From positions 1-56,874 of the forward strand of contig JACQXK010000015.1 of NCBI GenBank assembly GCA_016208765.1: 56,874 nt of DNA. The letters are read 5' to 3'. Origin of the DNA: Candidatus Omnitrophota bacterium (GTDB lineage: Bacteria; Omnitrophota; Gorgyraeia; Gygaellales; Profunditerraquicolaceae). The notes below the pieces were generated by a model. It was given only the letters and a program-made list of their open reading frames with translations. It ran no database searches and had not been told where the DNA came from. A program made the translations under genes and the position numbers. Positions 53,360 through 56,874 of the stretch are shown piece by piece. How positions within the stretch are numbered: the first letter of the stretch is position 1; every line of letters starts with the position of its first letter.

Positions 53360-55323
53360 TGAACAGTTTCAAGCTCGTTTCCAATTACAAGCCCTGTGGC
53401 GACCAGCCAAGGGCAATAAAGGAATTAACGGATTCAATTAATTCCGGGAAAACTCATCAGACACTTTTGGGTGTCACTGGTTCAGGAAAAACTTTTACCC
53501 TCGCTAATGTAATTGAGAAAATCAGCCAGCCGACATTAGTGATTTCCCACAACAAAACTCTTGCCGCCCAGCTTTACTCCGAGTTTAAAGAATTCTTCCC
53601 GCATAATGCAGTAGAATATTTTGTGAGTTACTATGATTATTACCAGCCTGAGGCATACATTCCCTCAACAGATACTTATATAGAAAAAGATTCTGCTATT
53701 AATGACCGTCTTGACCGTTTGCGGCTTTCTGCGACTACGTCTTTGATGTGCAGAAAAGATGTTTTAATTGTTGCCTCAGTATCTTGTATTTACAATCTCG
53801 GCTCTCCGCAAGATTATCGTGATATGCTGGTTTTTATTGAGAAAGGTTTAGTAATCAGCCGGGATGAAATTATTACGAAACTTATCAAGATCCAGTATGA
53901 AAGAAATGATTACGAGTTTGTTCGCGGAAGGATTCGTGTGCGAGGTGATATTTTAGAGATTTTTCCATCGTATGAACAAAAAGCTCTGCGGATTAATTTG
54001 TCAATGGACACAGTTGAGAAAATTTCTGAGATAGACCCGGTTTCCGGAAAGGTATTGGTTGAGCTTGAAAAAATAGCAATTTATCCGGCTAAGCATTTTG
54101 TTGTTTCCGGCATTTACATTGATAAGGCTATTAGTTCAATTTCACAGGAACTTGAAATTCAACTTGAGATATTAAAAAGCCAAAATAAGCTGCTTGAAGC
54201 GCAAAGGCTCCAGCAACGCACTAAATACGATATGGAAATGCTCAAGGAAATCGGCTATTGCCATGGCATTGAGAATTATTCGCGGCATTTATCCGAGCGG
54301 CCGCCGGGCTCCAGGCCATATTGCCTGATAGATTATTTCCCAAAAGATTTCTTAACCATAATTGACGAATCGCATGTAACGTTACCGCAGATTAGAGGAA
54401 TGTATGAAGGAGACCGTGCAAGAAAAGAGGTGCTTGTTAACTATGGTTTTCGGCTGCCTTCTTGCCTTGAGAACAGGCCGTTGAAATTTGACGAATTTAA
54501 TACTTTGCAAAAACAAATGGTTTTTGTTTCGGCTACACCCAACGAATATGAAATAAAAAAAAGCGGCAGTGTTGTTGTGGAGCAGATCATTCGCCCCACC
54601 GGTTTAGTTGATCCGGAAATAATCATAAGGCCAATTGAAGGCCAAATTGATGATTTGGTAAGAGAAATTGCAAAACGCGCAAAGAAGAACGAAAGGGTGT
54701 TGGTTACTACTCTTACCAAGAGGATGAGCGAGGATTTAACTACCTATTTACAGCAAAAGGGATTAAAGGTAAAATATCTGCATTCTGAGGTTGAGACAAT
54801 TGAGCGCTCAAAGATACTGCGGGACCTGCGAAAAAAAGAATTTGATTGCCTGGTGGGGATTAATTTATTGCGGGAAGGCCTGGATTTGCCGGAAGTTTCA
54901 TTGGTTGCGATATTAGATGCGGATAAAGAAGGGTTTTTGCGTTCTGCAACATCCTTAATTCAGGTTTCCGGGCGCGCTGCCAGAAACATTAACGGCACGG
55001 TTATTATGTACGCTGATACCGTAACCGGCTCTATGAAAAAGGCGATTGATGAAAGTAATCGTCGCCGGAAGATTCAACTGGAGTTTAATGATAAGAACAG
55101 AATTACTCCGCGCTCAATTCAAAAGGCAATAAAAGAAGGAATAGAAGACTTGGCTCAGGCAGAAGAATTTGTCCAGGAATTAACCGAAGAAGCCAAGGAT
55201 GAATACGAATTAAGAAAATATATTTCAGAGCTTGATTATGAAATGGAGCTTTGTGCGAGAAATTTGCAGTTTGAAAAAGCAGCGCAAATTAGAGACAGGA
55301 TAAAGGAGTTGAAAGGGCTATAG
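53359..55323 (+). CDS. uvrB: excinuclease ABC subunit B
   Basis: [10 protein letters not shown] Walker [11 protein letters not shown] beta-hairpin region, helicase motifs, and the C-terminal UVR domain ([16 protein letters not shown]). Confidence 0.95.
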   Translation: MNSFKLVSNYKPCGDQPRAIKELTDSINSGKTHQTLLGVTGSGKTFTLANVIEKISQPTLVISHNKTLAAQLYSEFKEFFPHNAVEYFVSYYDYYQPEAYIPSTDTYIEKDSAINDRLDRLRLSATTSLMCRKDVLIVASVSCIYNLGSPQDYRDMLVFIEKGLVISRDEIITKLIKIQYERNDYEFVRGRIRVRGDILEIFPSYEQKALRINLSMDTVEKISEIDPVSGKVLVELEKIAIYPAKHFVVSGIYIDKAISSISQELEIQLEILKSQNKLLEAQRLQQRTKYDMEMLKEIGYCHGIENYSRHLSERPPGSRPYCLIDYFPKDFLTIIDESHVTLPQIRGMYEGDRARKEVLVNYGFRLPSCLENRPLKFDEFNTLQKQMVFVSATPNEYEIKKSGSVVVEQIIRPTGLVDPEIIIRPIEGQIDDLVREIAKRAKKNERVLVTTLTKRMSEDLTTYLQQKGLKVKYLHSEVETIERSKILRDLRKKEFDCLVGINLLREGLDLPEVSLVAILDADKEGFLRSATSLIQVSGRAARNINGTVIMYADTVTGSMKKAIDESNRRRKIQLEFNDKNRITPRSIQKAIKEGIEDLAQAEEFVQELTEEAKDEYELRKYISELDYEMELCARNLQFEKAAQIRDRIKELKGL

Positions 55324-55350
55324 TTATAGCTTTAACCAACCGTATTTATT

Positions 55351-56082
55351 ATGCTACTTGCGATTGATATTGGAAATACAAATATAACCTTCGGATTATT
55401 TAAGCAAAATAAACTTGTTAAGGTCTTTAATATTCCGACGAAAAGCTATAACATTGGCATATTTAAAAAGAAACTTGGTAAGCTTGGTTTTAGTGATACA
55501 ATAATATGCAGTGTCGTGCCTAAGATAACTCGTGTTTTGGCGCATGATTTGCGTGGAATTGTTAACACGCGTGCTCTTGTTGTAGGGCAGGATATAATGG
55601 TGCCCATTAAAAACTGTTATCGTAAGCCTAAACAGGTTGGGCAGGATCGTTTGGTTAATGCTTATGCCGGAGTCAAGCTTTATGGCAAGCCGCTTGTGGT
55701 GGTAGATTTTGGAACTGCGGTTACATTTGATGTTATTTCTAATAAAGGTGAATATCTTGGTGGTATGATTATTCCGGGATTGGGAGTTTCGCTGGATGCG
55801 CTTTCAAAATATACAGCATTGCTTCCAAAGGTTAGATTAGAGCCGCCCAAAGAGTTTATCGGACGTGATACAAAAAGCAGCATACTTTCGGGAGTTGTTT
55901 ACGGATATGCCGCGCTTTGTGATGATTTATCCGCAAGAATTAAGTCAAAAATTGGGACTAAGGCAAAGGTGATTGGTACGGGTGGTAATGTTGCTTTGAT
56001 CGGTAAATATTGCAAGAGCCTTGATAGAGTTAATAAGAATTTGACACTGCTTGGTTTAAATTTACTCAACAAAAGGAGCTAA
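55351..56082 (+). CDS. coaX: type III pantothenate kinase
   Basis: MLLAIDIGNTNITFGL, DFGTAVTFD and GTGGN motifs. Confidence 0.9.
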   Translation: MLLAIDIGNTNITFGLFKQNKLVKVFNIPTKSYNIGIFKKKLGKLGFSDTIICSVVPKITRVLAHDLRGIVNTRALVVGQDIMVPIKNCYRKPKQVGQDRLVNAYAGVKLYGKPLVVVDFGTAVTFDVISNKGEYLGGMIIPGLGVSLDALSKYTALLPKVRLEPPKEFIGRDTKSSILSGVVYGYAALCDDLSARIKSKIGTKAKVIGTGGNVALIGKYCKSLDRVNKNLTLLGLNLLNKRS

Positions 56083-56084
56083 TT

Positions 56085-56573
56085 ATGCGGACAACCTTAA
56101 GTTGTTTTTTATTTTTGTTTTTTGCGGTTTTTATCTTTTTCGGCGATGCTCATGCAAGGCTGAATAAATATACTCAAGACATCGGAATATCGCAGGTAGA
56201 GTGGCAGCTGATGAATCAAAACATTGCTTTGCGGGGCAGCAATACTTTTGCTGCGCCATTTGTATTAAATAATATTTCTTTTAGCCGGGACTTGGTAAAG
56301 ATCGTAGTGGAATTTTCCGGTGATTCAAAAGACGCTACTGATGAAAACTTACAAAAATCTCTGGAAATAATTACCAAGTTTTTGCGCAATGATTTTTCTG
56401 AATTTGACCCAAACAAAGATCTGGTAATAGATTATAAATTAACAACTCCGGACCCTGATAAAATGCTTTACATTAAATATAAAGGAAAAGACGAATGGAG
56501 CGACGGTGGGCTTTTTGAGCGTTCAGAGCAGCCGATCCCGGATGTGGTAAAAAAAGAGACAGGAATGTATTAA
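56085..56573 (+). CDS. secreted hypothetical protein
   Basis: Signal peptide MRTTLSCFLFLFFAVFIFFGDAHA. No recognisable domain. Confidence 0.6.
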   Translation: MRTTLSCFLFLFFAVFIFFGDAHARLNKYTQDIGISQVEWQLMNQNIALRGSNTFAAPFVLNNISFSRDLVKIVVEFSGDSKDATDENLQKSLEIITKFLRNDFSEFDPNKDLVIDYKLTTPDPDKMLYIKYKGKDEWSDGGLFERSEQPIPDVVKKETGMY

Positions 56574-56596
56574 TAATGAAGTTGAAAGGAGGATGC

Positions 56597-56874
56597 ATGA
56601 GAGTAGTTGTTTTTGTGGTAATTGCATTAATGTGTGTGTTGTCTTTTTGTTCGGCGGCGTTTTGTCAGTCGCAGGCTTCAGAGATTACAAATGATAAGAT
56701 TATTGCCGTAGCTACAGAAGCTGTTAAGGGCCAAGGCATCAGCCTTGAGGATGTAAACATTATTTATGATCAGGATGGAAAGCTCTGGCAGGAGAAATTG
56801 GGTTATGCTAAAGTTGAGGATAATGCAAATCATGGTATCTTGGTCAAGGGTTTTATTAAGAATTACCGTATTGT
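56597..56874 (+). CDS. secreted hypothetical protein, 3'-truncated by the window end
   Basis: GGAGG SD. The ATG at 56597 gives the signal peptide MRVVVFVVIALMCVLSFCSAAFCQ. The frame is open to the last base. Confidence 0.55.
   Translation, partial: MRVVVFVVIALMCVLSFCSAAFCQSQASEITNDKIIAVATEAVKGQGISLEDVNIIYDQDGKLWQEKLGYAKVEDNANHGILVKGFIKNYRI

Overview
This is a 56.9 kb, AT-rich bacterial chromosomal window, coded almost entirely on the + strand with tightly packed or overlapping genes. It uses the standard code: TAA, TAG and TGA all end genes at lengths consistent with homologues. My lineage guess is an uncultivated diderm, possibly Omnitrophota-like; this is inference only.

The left 16.6 kb looks accessory. 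It holds:
- a five-gene cluster of signal-peptide proteins resembling a chaperone/usher-type surface-fibre locus, but with an unusual outer-membrane component;
- a 1084-aa GH94-like protein on the minus strand;
- an overlapping HEPN/minimal-nucleotidyltransferase pair;
- a roughly 1.7k-aa modular secreted protein of unknown function that is frame-shifted near its 3' end and runs into a highly structured, relatively GC-rich 0.6 kb non-coding region.

The rest is housekeeping, in this order:
- gatCAB, ctpA, a YibQ-like gene, tsaD, an MgtC-family gene;
- a bactofilin-HTH fusion, an HTH-TM protein and larB;
- a Wood-Ljungdahl corrinoid module (acsC, acsV/RACo, cooC, acsD, acsE) without CODH/ACS catalytic subunits;
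- dgkA, tRNA(CAU) and tilS;
- ftsH fused in frame to folP, then cdaA, pdxJ, acpS, nnrD;
- tRNA-Thr, tRNA-Tyr and tRNA-Gly;
- PilZ, gpsA, tRNA-Pro, PilZ;
- hom, thrC, coaB, a TPM-domain gene, lemA, an ApgM-like gene, lysC, cimA;
- valS, nadC, uvrB, coaX.

The observations most worth a second look are:
- the fibre locus;
- the broken modular giant gene and the structured element after it;
- heptanucleotide arrays (GGCGACA / GGAGACA) embedded in frame in thrC and valS;
- an in-frame TGA at a conserved Gly codon of folP;
- a valS gene missing about 30 codons after KMSKS;
- tandem decoy copies of the tRNA-Pro leader;
- several deletion scars.

Together the scars suggest either active genome reduction or assembly defects. 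No CRISPR array, transposase or rRNA was seen.
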